A stretch of 64,000 nucleotides of DNA from Desulfatiglandales bacterium. GTDB lineage: Bacteria > Desulfobacterota > DSM-4660 > Desulfatiglandales > Desulfatiglandaceae. The notes under the pieces are model-generated. The model was not told where the DNA came from and ran no database searches. It was given only the letters and a program-made list of their open reading frames with translations. The DNA is taken from assembly GCA_963662465.1 (NCBI GenBank), contig OY759599.1, forward strand, positions 2,816,001 through 2,880,000, read 5' to 3'. This document shows positions 52,022 through 62,248 of this stretch, one piece after another (the first letter of the stretch is position 1; each line of letters begins with the position of its first letter). A program made the position numbers and the translations under genes.

Positions 52022-53931
52022 ATAGGGGTAGGAAAGAGCCTCTTGGCTCTCCCCTCCCTCCGAACCGTGCATGCGGTTCTCCCGCACACGGCTCTCCGGT
52101 CGATAGTTTCCTCATCGGGATCGGCACGCTGCTAACCGGGCCTCATGCATAGTGAAAAGCCCGATTTTCGCGAAGTAGGCATTCGGCCAGCGGCGGTGGG
52201 CTTCAAGGCTTTTGCCCCAGCCCTTGCGTTTGGACGCAATAATACGGCGCGTAAGCGTCGGCGGACAAACTTATCCACCGCCGCAAACTCAGTGCGGTAG
52301 GCGTGTTTGAAGTAACCAAACCAGCCTTCGAGCATGGGGTTCAGATCATCAATGATGCTTTCCATACTTCCGCTACGTTTGCGCCGGGTCTCTTCCCGGA
52401 TTTTATCACGAAGGGCTTTACGGCTTTTACTGCGTATCCAGCGCTTTCCTGCCTCAAACCGGTATCCCAGGAATTCAAATCCCTGACCCTTTTGTCGACA
52501 GTCGCCAAGATGCGTCTTGTCCGGGTGTAAGCTCAGGTCATTAGCCTGTACCCACTCCCGTACCTTTTGCAAAGCATTCTCCGCTTCCGTTTGACTGCGG
52601 CTGAGGATAACAAAGTCGTCCGCGTAACGCACCATCCGCATACCTGATTCCGCGATCAGGCTGTCAAGAGGATGCAGGTAAATATTCGCAAGCAAGGGGC
52701 TGACTACCGCCCCTTGTGGCGAACCACCGGTGTCCAGTCCGTCGGTGTCCATCTTTCCAAGCCGTCCATCACGTCCTGTTTCAGGAACATTTGAATCAGA
52801 TTGAGCAATTTGCCGTCGCTGATGCGCATTTCGACTTGTTGCATCAGCTTATCGTGCGGAATCGTATCAAAGTAACTTTTCAGGTCGGCGTCCAGTATGA
52901 AGGTGTAGCCTTCCTTAATAAGCGCGTCTACTTCTCGCAACGCGTCCTTGCAACCTCTTTGCGGCCTGAAGCCGTAACTCATCGGCAGAAATTCATGCTC
53001 GAATATGGGCTCCATAACCATTTTAACCGCTGCCTGCACTACCCGGTCTTTGACCGTGGGTATCCCCAGCGGGCGTTGTTTGCCGTCGCTTTTCGGAATG
53101 TATACCCGTTTTACCGCTTCCGGTCGGTACGTTCCCGCTTTCAAGGTTTCATGCAGTTCGGCAAGGTATTTCTCCGCCTGCTCCTTAAAGCGCTTTATGC
53201 TGATACGGTCTATCCCTGCCGCTCCTTTATTGGCTTTGACACGTCCCCAAGCCGCTTCCAGCGTCGACAAGGCGAACACCTTATCCATCAAACTGTACCA
53301 TTTACCACCTTTCACCCCGTTACCCAGGGCTGCCAACATACGTTCCGTCCACACCGATGCTTCCACCCAATCCCATCGGGTTTCTGCCTCGCGTTTAGTT
53401 GTTTCCAACACTGCCGAGACTGCTTGATTTAGCTGCATCTATATGACCTTTCCGTATCTATCTTCCTATCCTCCTTCCCTCGGCACGGTTTTGCTATCCG
53501 CGCTTTTCACAACCCGGTATCCGACGCAGGCGGCGGGTACTGGTCTCACGCCGTAAGCCTTGTTAGCAGGACCGTTCTGTCGCTACGGTACTATGAGGAC
53601 TCTGACTCCTGCCTCCTGTCACCCCAAGAGACAGGTCTCCCTGCTTATCTCGCTTTACCTTCCAGTCATTCCGACCCCAAACATACCATGCCGTCAAACC
53701 ATCGCTTTAACCGCCATTACAGCGTGGTCTGTGAGTTTCAGGCTTCACCATGGAACGGTAGGTTCGCCACCACATGACACCGAATCGGGTTCGTCATCCT
53801 ACGGACTGACTTTTCGCCTCCGGTTGCTCTCCACCCCGCCTCGCGGCGACGCAGTTACCTTCGGCTACGGAGCTATGGCATACTCCGGTACGGACTTTCA
53901 CCGCACTGATAAAGCGCCTTCACAGGCGCAC
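52022..53931 (-). mobile_element. Group II intron (1910 nt)
   Basis: 5' GTGCG at 53931; domain V GAGCCGTGTGCGGGAGAACCGCATGCACGGTTC and domain VI ending CCCTAT at 52022. Confidence 0.93.
52112..53438 (-). pseudogene. Group II intron reverse transcriptase/maturase, frameshifted twice, no endonuclease domain
   Basis: RPLGIPTVKDR, SYGFRP, PQGAVVSPLLANIYL, RYADD; TGGACACCG duplication at ~52727-52751 and second shift at ~52235. Confidence 0.9.
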
Positions 53932-54094
53932 CATTCGCATGACCTCCTGTTCATTTGTTTGATAAAAAGGTCATACTTTATGAAATAAAATCCAAACCTT
54001 TTCCGATAAAAATACTTGAATATCAGGTATTTTAAGAAAATGTTTGGATTTTATTTAGGTTTGGATAACGCAGCAAATCCAAACGTTTGGATTT

Positions 54095-54293
54095 GCTGCG
54101 CCATTCTTTTGCCGTGAACACCCTCAACAGAATCCGGAAATCAGGTGGGTCCGCCCAAAACGCTTTACCCATATTGGCAGCCTATCTGGGTCACACGGAT
54201 TACATTTGCACCAGTGTTTATCTCCGGGTTTCGGATGCCATGAATCGGAAAGATCTCGTTGATTTTTGTCTTTGGCAGAGAGTAAACAAATGA
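54095..54293 (+). pseudogene. C-terminal fragment of RIT second recombinase
   Basis: LRHSFAVNTL...LPILAAYLGH...TSVYL; overlaps start of next gene. Confidence 0.85.
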
Positions 54294-55309
54294 AACTTTC
54301 ACCCCTGGTGCATCAGTTCTTTGATCAATACCTGACTTCCATCAGGGGGCTCAGTTACCAGACCATAAAGGCCTATCGGGATGCTTTCAGGATTTTTCTT
54401 CCCTTTGCGGCATCGTTTTACAACATCAAGGTCAAATCGCTTCGTGTGGAACATATTAAAACGGAACTTCTCGTCTCGTTCCTTGAAAATCTTCAAAGTG
54501 ACAGGAAAAATGGGGCCAAAACCCGGAATCATCGTCTTGCGGCACTCAAATCCTTTGCCAAAATGATTCGCTTTATGCATCCGGATCAACAGGATGCCGC
54601 AACCGCTATCCTCAATATTCCCCAGAAACGGGAGCAGAAGAGTCTTATCGGATTTCTTTACCAGGATGAAATACTTCGGGTGTTTCAGGCGGTTGATTTT
54701 AAACGAAAAGAGGGGTTCAGGGATTACACCGTGCTCCATCTGCTCTACGATTCCGGAGCCAGGGCCAGTGAAATTGCAGAGTTGAATATCGACTATTTTA
54801 ACCCCAACCGGAAAACCCTCAGTATTCTGGGAAAGGGCAATCGGTTTCGACTCATAAAGCTTGAGTCAAAAACCTGTGACCTGCTTCAGTTGTACATTCG
54901 ACAATACCGGATATCCCCAAAGCCCATGTTTGAAAACCGGCTCTTTATCAATCAAAAGGGAGAGTTATTCACTCGCCATGGAATCTACCGGATTTGCAGG
55001 AAATATCTCCAAAAGGCCCTCCCTCCAAAACGTCTGAAACATATCAATCCCGTTCATTCATTCCGGCACTCGCGAGCAGTTGATATGCTCCACAACGGTG
55101 ACCCCATCACGGATATCAAGAATCATCTGGGGCATGACAACATCCAGTCCACTTCGATCTATCTGCATTTGGACCTGGATCGACGGCGCCACATTCAAAG
55201 GCAGTTCATGAGGCACATGCAATCGGCCCTGACGGACGATTCCAAGATAGATGAATTACTCCATTATGAAAATGAGGGGGATTTGATGGCCTGGTTGGAC
55301 AGTCTATAG
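54290..55309 (+). CDS. RIT third tyrosine recombinase (intact copy)
   Basis: GARASE, GKG, HSFRH, LGH, TSIY. Confidence 0.92.
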   Translation: MKLSPLVHQFFDQYLTSIRGLSYQTIKAYRDAFRIFLPFAASFYNIKVKSLRVEHIKTELLVSFLENLQSDRKNGAKTRNHRLAALKSFAKMIRFMHPDQQDAATAILNIPQKREQKSLIGFLYQDEILRVFQAVDFKRKEGFRDYTVLHLLYDSGARASEIAELNIDYFNPNRKTLSILGKGNRFRLIKLESKTCDLLQLYIRQYRISPKPMFENRLFINQKGELFTRHGIYRICRKYLQKALPPKRLKHINPVHSFRHSRAVDMLHNGDPITDIKNHLGHDNIQSTSIYLHLDLDRRRHIQRQFMRHMQSALTDDSKIDELLHYENEGDLMAWLDSL

Positions 55310-55503
55310 CGGGGGCATGCAAACAATAGCCCTTTACGGAGAGCTGCGAATAAGGTAAAAATATTATGTTGTCTCTTGGAGAGACGGGTTGCTCAAAATA
55401 TGAAATAAACTATTGCTTTTATTGCTTAATCTCGATATCTCGTGGCGAGGGCGAAAATTAAGGGTTTTTCAGGGGGTTATGGCAGGCCGCAACATAACTC
55501 AAT
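55310..55503 (+). repeat. RIT right end, inverted duplicate of 37852-38045
   Basis: Near-identical reverse complement; ends CGCAACATAA-CTCAAT. Confidence 0.9.
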
Positions 55504-55622
55504 ATATCTGTATTGCGAACCGATTCGCTTTTCACTGGATAAACATTACAAATGTAATGATATGCAAATCCGTATATTAACTTGTTATACTCCCTTATAA
55601 AACAAAGACTTTAAGACAAAAA

Positions 55623-55958
55623 TTGACAATGGGAAAAAAATTAATACCTGATGAAATACGAAAAAAAGTCTCAGTAGTCGTAGAAAAATTTAATCAACAA
55701 GAACTAAAACACATGGATGCTCGTTACATTGCAAGATTTCAAGGAAGATTTCTATATCTTGACAGGGTAGCATATGGCCAAAAAGAGCCTGTAAGTCGTA
55801 TGGAATATTTTAAAGAAATCGACAAATGGGAATTTGCAATATTTAAATGGAGTACAGAAATATATGATCCCGATGAGTGTATGTTTTCTGGAAGTGAATT
55901 TGTTGATGGTACTGTCGAAGGCGCAATGAGAGCTGGTATGAGAGCATATCCAGTATAA
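55623..55958 (+). CDS. Hypothetical protein carried on an integron-type gene cassette
   Basis: AT-rich 111-aa ORF whose stop codon overlaps the attC R'' box. Confidence 0.75.
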   Translation: MTMGKKLIPDEIRKKVSVVVEKFNQQELKHMDARYIARFQGRFLYLDRVAYGQKEPVSRMEYFKEIDKWEFAIFKWSTEIYDPDECMFSGSEFVDGTVEGAMRAGMRAYPV

Positions 55959-56071
55959 CATTTGTATTCACCGGACAGCAACCACCGCTCGGTGGGCTTT
56001 TTTCCAAAAGTTACAAACAAAGATCAATTAATCAACCATCACCTAAGCTGCTGGTGATACAGGCGTTAAAC
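55953..56071 (+). other. attC recombination site (119 bp)
   Basis: R'' GTATAAC, L''/L' TGTATTCACCGGACAGC / GCTGCTGGTGATACA pairing with bulged bases, R' GTTAAAC; complementary GTTATAC at 55584-55590. Confidence 0.8.
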
Positions 56072-56127
56072 TGTGATATCTCCATCTAAGAAATTGGCAG
56101 AGGCCAACTGTTCATTGTTTAGCTCAT

Positions 56128-56427
56128 TCATAACCTCACCTCCTTTTCAATGGTCTTAATCGCCATGTTCAACCGAAACATCCTGGCGATGGTTAAATCA
56201 ATTTCATGATTCGTTTTATCTTTTGCAATCAGGGTTTTTAAAATCTTTTCCCTCTCCTTGAACATCTGGTCCAGAAACTCCTTAACCCGCCAGGTGGGAT
56301 GATTTTTTAAAAGATTTCTAATATCCACGACTTTCTGATGTGATTGTTGTTGTGAATTGTCAAAAACTCCTGTGCTTCCTGAACTGTTTCCCTGCTCATA
56401 ATTGAACCTCCTTAATTCAAAAACCAC
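56128..56427 (-). CDS. Hypothetical protein
   Basis: Open frame downstream of the nuclease; start uncertain. Confidence 0.45.
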   Translation of the reverse strand: MVFELRRFNYEQGNSSGSTGVFDNSQQQSHQKVVDIRNLLKNHPTWRVKEFLDQMFKEREKILKTLIAKDKTNHEIDLTIARMFRLNMAIKTIEKEVRL

Positions 56428-57000
56428 TCATCACATGTTTTTTTGTATGAACAGTTTTTGCATTTCCAGCTCCCATCATTGGGGATAAAGGCCTCTTTTG
56501 ATATTCCGTCCCATGCCTGAATAATCTTCTTTATCAAGCGTTTTTCATCCACCTCACTTCGGGTAGTGTAATACTGCTCAAATTTGGGTTTCTTGGTTTT
56601 TATGAGACAATCGAATCGCAAAAGGATTTCTCTGTCTGCATACCCGTTCGCCTTTGCTGCCAATTGATAAACCGTCAACTACATATTCTTATCCACGTCG
56701 GCAATGGAATACGCCTTTCCGCTGGTCTTGAAATCCGTGATGATAATCGTTCCCGATTCGTCTTCCTCCACAAGGTCCATGGCGCCGATAATAGGAACCG
56801 GAATTCCGGGGATATGGAAACTGAAAACATCTTCAATCCCCAGAACCTGGAAATCGTCATCCGGGAGTTTGTCATGGCAGACCGACAGAAGCTCTTTTCC
56901 TAGAAGAAGCAGGGATTCAAAATTCTTGCCCTTTGAGTAAAGGATATCTTCTCTTCCTTCGGCTTTGTTTTTCCAGTGGTGTTCAAAACTTTCCTGGATC
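56412..57000 (-). pseudogene. PD-(D/E)XK (RecB/Cas4-like) nuclease, 5' truncated, internal TAG at 56679-56681
   Basis: IIGAMDLV...ITDFKT...*LTVY...CKNCSYKKTC. Confidence 0.8.
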
Positions 57001-57782
57001 AGAAATCACTTGAGAACATGGTCCGGGACCATATTTTTGAACGGAACAAAATCTCTGTCTATACCGCTAATAAGGATCTCCGCTATCTCAGGGCCACTTT
57101 CAATTATGGGGTTAATAAGAAACTCATCACGTCGAATCCAACAGAAGGGATGCAGTTTCTTCCAGTTGAAAAAAAGGTTCAGCATGTTCCCCCCACTGAA
57201 GACATCAACAAAGTTATTGAAGTCGCTGACCCTGATACCCAGGATTATCTTTGGACTATCAGGGAAACCATGGCCAGGGTAAGTGAGGTCAATAGGCTTG
57301 TATGGGATGATGTAAATTTCACTGAGAAATATGTCATTCTTCGAACACGCAAGAAGAAAGGTGGACACCTCACCCCCAGAAAAATCTCGATGACCCGAAA
57401 ACTTGTTGATGTATTATCACGCAGATATGAAAAAGCCGATAAAACCAAGGCGTGGGTATTCTGGCACAGGTATTGGAGTTGAAAAGAGAATAGGTTCAAA
57501 GAAGGGCCGTATGGAGATAGGAAGAAGATCATGAAGAAACTGTGCAAGAAGGCAGGGGTTAAATACTTTCGATTCCATCCGTTGAGACATGCCGGTGCTT
57601 CAATAATGGACGGAAACAATGTGCCAATAGGTGCGATATAGAGAATTTTAGGTCATGAAAACAGGCGAACGACCGAGATTTACCTGCATAGCATCGGAGA
57701 AATGGAGCGTGATGCAATTGCCGTTTATGAAAAAGCTCGACAGAATTCACACACAAATCCACACACAGGGCGTGAAGGATAA
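57000..57782 (+). pseudogene. tRNA-adjacent phage-type tyrosine integrase, 5' truncated, two nonsense codons
   Basis: MARVSE, FHPLRH, ILGH, TTEIY in one frame across TGA 57480-57482 and TAG 57639-57641. Confidence 0.88.
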
Positions 57783-57788
57783 AAAAAA

Positions 57789-57816
57789 GAGGGTTAGGGA
57801 TGCTCCCCTAACCCTC
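57789..57816 (-). terminator. Intrinsic terminator downstream of tRNA-Phe
   Basis: 11-bp stem GAGGGTTAGGG/CCCTAACCCTC with adjacent A8 run. Confidence 0.7.
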
Positions 57817-57836
57817 CGAAAACATATCGTTTTTTA

Positions 57837-57912
57837 TGGTGCCGAGACCCAGAGTTGAACTGGGGACACGGGGATTTTCAGTCCCCTGCTCTACCGGCTG
57901 AGCTATCTCGGC
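57837..57912 (-). tRNA. tRNA-Phe (GAA)
   Basis: 76-nt cloverleaf GCCGAGA...CTGAAAA...TTCAA...TCTCGGCACCA. Confidence 0.97.
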
Positions 57913-58097
57913 AACAGATTTTTATTTTATAGCCTTTCAAAACGCTTCGGTCAAGCATAAATTTCGAATAAATGCTTTCATCCACGAAAATTGTTGATAT
58001 GCGTTCCAGGATTGTTTATGACGGGCCTTCGAAGCATGTAAGAAAATCCATCGAAGTGCCCACATCTGCTATTTTTTAAGGTATTGCGAATCGACTG

Positions 58098-61000
58098 ATG
58101 AAAAAAACTGTTCATGGTCGCTCTGTTTGGGAGCGATCTAAGAAACCCCCTGAAAAAAGCACATCCAGAACATTGCCGCCTTTAGAAAAAAGGATCCGCT
58201 CATTGATACCCCTGACCATGAGTCGGGACCGGCATGCCCTTTATAAACGCCTTAACGCCCTGTTAGGGGAGAACCTTGGTCCAAAAATCAGCGATAAATC
58301 CATGGCGCAACTTGAATCCCTTGAAAAAAGGATCAAAGCGTCCATGGCGGAAAAAAATCGACGCTTGCGACAAATTCCCAAAGTATCTTTTCCTGAAAAT
58401 CTGCCGATTACCGCAAAAAAAGCTGAAATCGTGGATGCGATTCAAAAAAATTCGGTGGTGATTATTGCAGGGGATACGGGTTCCGGGAAAAGCACGCAGA
58501 TCCCCAAAATGTGCATTGCCGCCGGTCGAGGCATCCATGGAAAAATTGCCTGTACACAACCCAGACGCATTGCCGCCACCACCATTGGGGGCCGAATTGC
58601 GGAAGAACTGGGCGAGACCATCGGAAAAAGCGTGGGATATAAAATCCGTTTCAAGGACCGCACCAGCAAATGGGGCTATATCAAGGTGGTGACCGACGGT
58701 ATGTTGCTGGCGGAAACGCAACAGGACCCTCGCCTTTACGATTACGATACCATCATTATTGATGAGGCCCATGAAAGAAGTCTGAACATTGATTTTCTTT
58801 TAGGGCTTCTGAAGAACCTGCTGAAGCAACGAAAAGACCTCAAGCTGATCATTACCTCTGCCACCATCGATACGGAAAAATTCTCCAAGGGGTTCAGCCA
58901 TGCCCCGGTGATTCAGGTATCCGGACGGCGATACCCGGTTTCAGTCGAGTACCGGCCCGTTGACCCGGAGCTTCAGGAAAATGGAGATGAGACCTATGTG
59001 GACGTGGCCGTAAAAGCCGTGGAAGACATTTGCCGGTCCGGCGCGTTCGGGGATATCCTGGTCTTCATGCCCACGGAGCAGGATATTCTCGAAACCTGCG
59101 AACGACTGGAGGGACGAGAACAGAAAGGTCTTATCATATTGCCCCTGTTTGCCCGGCTGCCCGGCGCCCAACAGGGCCGGGTTTTCAGCACTGGAAACGG
59201 ACGTAAGGTTATTGTCGCCACCAACGTAGCGGAAACATCCCTGACCATTCCCGGCATCAAATATGTGGTGGATACGGGACTGGCCAGGATCTCCCGATAT
59301 CTTCCACGAACCCGCTCCACCAGCCTGCCCGTGAGCCCTATTTCCAGGAGTAGCGCGGATCAGCGTAAAGGTCGCTGTGGACGATTGGAAAACGGGGTTT
59401 GCATCAGGCTCTATTCGGAGGAAGATTACGAATCCCGACCGGAGTTCACCGATCCTGAAGTTTTGAGGTCCAACCTTGCGGAGGTCATCCTTCGCATGAT
59501 TTCCCTTAAACTGGGGAAAATTCACGCCTTTCCATTCCTTGACAAACCCAACCCCAGAAGCATCAAGGACGGGTTTGATTTGTTGGTGGAACTGGGCGCT
59601 GTCATTCGAAAAAACGGTAACGCGATACTAACCCCCAAGGGTCGCATGATGGCTAAAATGCCCATCGATCCAAAAATTTCCCGCATGATCCTCGAGGCGC
59701 ATACGCTGGACTGCGTGTATGACGTAGCCGTTATCGCATCGGCCCTGAGCATCCAGGATCCCAGGGAACGACCCCTTGAAAAAGCAGTCCAGGCGGATCA
59801 GGCCCATGCCCGGTTCAGGGATTCAGGTTCCGACTTTATTACCCTGCTCAACATCTGGAACCATTACCACCGTTCCCTGGAGACCTTTCGCACCCAAAGC
59901 ACAATGCGAAAGTTCTGCAAGACGCATTTCCTCTCCTTTCCCCGTATGCGGGAATGGCGCCACATCCACGAACAGATTTCGAATATCCTGAAATCCCAGG
60001 GAATCAAAAACGAAAGTAATCAAACCCAAAAGGATGGAAAGGATCGTTATGCAGCCATCCACCAGGCCGTTTTAAGCGGGTATCTGTCCAACATCGCCCT
60101 TAAAAAAGAAAAAAATATTTACCTGGCGGCCAGGGGAAGGGAGGCCATGCTGTTTCCCGGTTCCACCCTGTTTAACAAGGGGCCCGAGTGGATTGTGGCG
60201 GTGGAAATGGTGAAAACATCCAGACTTTTCGCCAGGACCGCGGCTAAAATCGATCCGGAATGGCTTGAAAATTTGGGCGGCAGCCTCTGCAAATCCACCT
60301 ATTCCAATCCCCATTGGGAAAAAAAACTGGGCCAGGTTCGGGCATCCGAACAAGTCAGCCTTTACGGATTGGTCATTGTGTCCGAAAGACCCGTATCCTA
60401 TGGCCCCATCGATCCCGTCATGTCCCATGAAATCTTCGTGATGTCCGCTTTGGTAAACGGCGAAATGCAGAAAAAATTCAGTTTTCTGGCCCATAATCAA
60501 GCCCTCATCGAGCAGATTACCCGAATGGAGGACAAAGTCAGACGGCGCGGCATGCGGATTAGCGATGACCGGATCGAAGCGTTCTATTCAACCCGGCTCC
60601 CGGGAATCCATGACATTCGCACCCTTGAAAGGGAAATCAGAAAACGGGGCGGCGATGATTTTCTCAAAATGACCGAAGCCGATGTGATCGCCGATTTGCC
60701 CGATCAGGAAGAGGTGGCCCAATACCCGGATGAAATGAACGTGGGAGGCAGCGCCTTCAAGTTCTCCTATAAATTCAAACCCGGCAAACCGGATGACGGG
60801 GTCACCCTTAAAGTACCGTTGAGTCAAGCATCCGAAGTGTCGCCCCATCAACTGGACTGGATGGTTCCGGGTCTTTTCCGGGAAAAAATCACGGCTCTCA
60901 TCAAAGGCTTGCCCAAACGCTATCGAAAACCGCTGGTGCCCGTATCCGGCGCCGTGGAAATAATTCTGTCCGAGATGGAAAAAACCACGGACTCGTTGCT

Positions 61001-62105
61001 TTCAACTCTCGGCACCTTCATCTACAAACGCTTTGGGATTGATATTCCGGGGTCCGCGTGGGCGGGTGCTGAAATTCCCGAATATTTGCGGATGCGTGTT
61101 TCTATCAGGGACCACCGGGACCGTGAATTACAATCCGCAAGGGATACATCAATCCTCAGTCGATTGCCGGACGTGGATGAAAAACAAACCGGAAACCAAT
61201 CCGGCATCTGGAAAATAGCGCAGGCTGAATGGGAAAAACAAGGCATTACCGTGTGGGATTTCAATACCCTGCCTGAAACAATTTCCCTGGCCCCAAATCT
61301 TTCCGCCTTTCCCGCCCTGTCGCCTGCCGAAAACGGGGTCGACATTCGTTTGTTCAGAAATCGGCAAGAGGCCCTTGAGTCCCACCGGAAAGGCGTCATG
61401 AAATTATTTATGATCCATTTTAGGAAAGAGGTCAAACTCCTTAAAAAAGATCTTAAAATTCCGGCTTCCCTGTCTTCGAAGACCCTTGATTTCGGAGGTC
61501 CGCGGTGCGTGGAATCCGCCATGTTTGAATCACTCATGATGCGTTTTTTTAATCTGAACGTACGATCTGAAAAGGCATTCAAGGAAACGGCTAACGCCGC
61601 GGATCACGCAATTTTCCCGGAAAGCAAACGCTTAAGGGAAGTCATGGGAGAAGTTCTTTCCGCCTACCACCACGCCATGCAGTTGATCCATCAAATTGAA
61701 ATCAAGAACAAAACCACTCCCACAGCGGCCCTCTGCAAACGCCTTCGAACCGAGATGGGAGCACTGGTTCCCCGGGATTTTCTGGAACGGTATACCACGG
61801 ACCATCTGGTCCATCTGCCCCGATATCTCAAAGCCCTTGAAATCAGAATCGAACGGGGCGCCTATAACCCTGATAAGGATCGAGAAAAAGAGGCGCTCAT
61901 TGCGCCCCTCAAGGCAGCTCTCAAAAAAAGCCTACCGAACATTATTTCAGGCGCTTCACCGGAAAAGAAGCGTGCTTTTGAAGAATTCTTCTGGATGGTA
62001 GAAGAGTACAAGGTCTCTGTTTTTGCACAGGAACTCAAAACCCATGTGCCGGTTTCAGCCAAACGGCTCGATGAAAAAATGCGGGAATTGGAACGAATGC
62101 TGTGA
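58098..62105 (+). CDS. hrpA: ATP-dependent RNA helicase HrpA
   Basis: GDTGSGKS, DEAH, ATNVAETSLTIPG, QRKGRCGR, HrpA-type C-terminus. Confidence 0.95.
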   Translation: MKKTVHGRSVWERSKKPPEKSTSRTLPPLEKRIRSLIPLTMSRDRHALYKRLNALLGENLGPKISDKSMAQLESLEKRIKASMAEKNRRLRQIPKVSFPENLPITAKKAEIVDAIQKNSVVIIAGDTGSGKSTQIPKMCIAAGRGIHGKIACTQPRRIAATTIGGRIAEELGETIGKSVGYKIRFKDRTSKWGYIKVVTDGMLLAETQQDPRLYDYDTIIIDEAHERSLNIDFLLGLLKNLLKQRKDLKLIITSATIDTEKFSKGFSHAPVIQVSGRRYPVSVEYRPVDPELQENGDETYVDVAVKAVEDICRSGAFGDILVFMPTEQDILETCERLEGREQKGLIILPLFARLPGAQQGRVFSTGNGRKVIVATNVAETSLTIPGIKYVVDTGLARISRYLPRTRSTSLPVSPISRSSADQRKGRCGRLENGVCIRLYSEEDYESRPEFTDPEVLRSNLAEVILRMISLKLGKIHAFPFLDKPNPRSIKDGFDLLVELGAVIRKNGNAILTPKGRMMAKMPIDPKISRMILEAHTLDCVYDVAVIASALSIQDPRERPLEKAVQADQAHARFRDSGSDFITLLNIWNHYHRSLETFRTQSTMRKFCKTHFLSFPRMREWRHIHEQISNILKSQGIKNESNQTQKDGKDRYAAIHQAVLSGYLSNIALKKEKNIYLAARGREAMLFPGSTLFNKGPEWIVAVEMVKTSRLFARTAAKIDPEWLENLGGSLCKSTYSNPHWEKKLGQVRASEQVSLYGLVIVSERPVSYGPIDPVMSHEIFVMSALVNGEMQKKFSFLAHNQALIEQITRMEDKVRRRGMRISDDRIEAFYSTRLPGIHDIRTLEREIRKRGGDDFLKMTEADVIADLPDQEEVAQYPDEMNVGGSAFKFSYKFKPGKPDDGVTLKVPLSQASEVSPHQLDWMVPGLFREKITALIKGLPKRYRKPLVPVSGAVEIILSEMEKTTDSLLSTLGTFIYKRFGIDIPGSAWAGAEIPEYLRMRVSIRDHRDRELQSARDTSILSRLPDVDEKQTGNQSGIWKIAQAEWEKQGITVWDFNTLPETISLAPNLSAFPALSPAENGVDIRLFRNRQEALESHRKGVMKLFMIHFRKEVKLLKKDLKIPASLSSKTLDFGGPRCVESAMFESLMMRFFNLNVRSEKAFKETANAADHAIFPESKRLREVMGEVLSAYHHAMQLIHQIEIKNKTTPTAALCKRLRTEMGALVPRDFLERYTTDHLVHLPRYLKALEIRIERGAYNPDKDREKEALIAPLKAALKKSLPNIISGASPEKKRAFEEFFWMVEEYKVSVFAQELKTHVPVSAKRLDEKMRELERML

Positions 62106-62248
62106 ATAAACTGACGACAAAATGCTCTGGTTTCTTTTAGCGTTTCGCCGTTTTCCCGTGTTATGAAACAATTGGGGATACGGGCCAAAAATAACTGGAT
62201 CAGTTTACACTTTCAGGGTACTATTTACTTGATATCATTTTCACCACC

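Larger units (their letters stand above)
51877..53940 (-). pseudogene. N-terminus of a RIT-type first recombinase, interrupted by the group II intron and truncated
   Basis: Joined exons read AGGAGG-MRM|NVQNLRDNYLKLISHMETNGYSKTYVDSFKREIKKIL in frame. Confidence 0.65.

Noticed and set aside
52112..53438. RT as retron, DGR or defence RT
   Set aside because: Flanked by canonical group II intron 5' end and domains V/VI; no template/variable repeat pair seen
55343..55370. dif-like site TGCGAATAA-N10-TTATGTTG (also at ~37985-38010)
   Set aside because: Spacer too long for dif and it lies within the duplicated RIT end; better read as an internal RIT binding site
56412..57000. Cas4-like nuclease as evidence of CRISPR-Cas
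   Set aside because: No repeat-spacer array or other cas genes seen in the window
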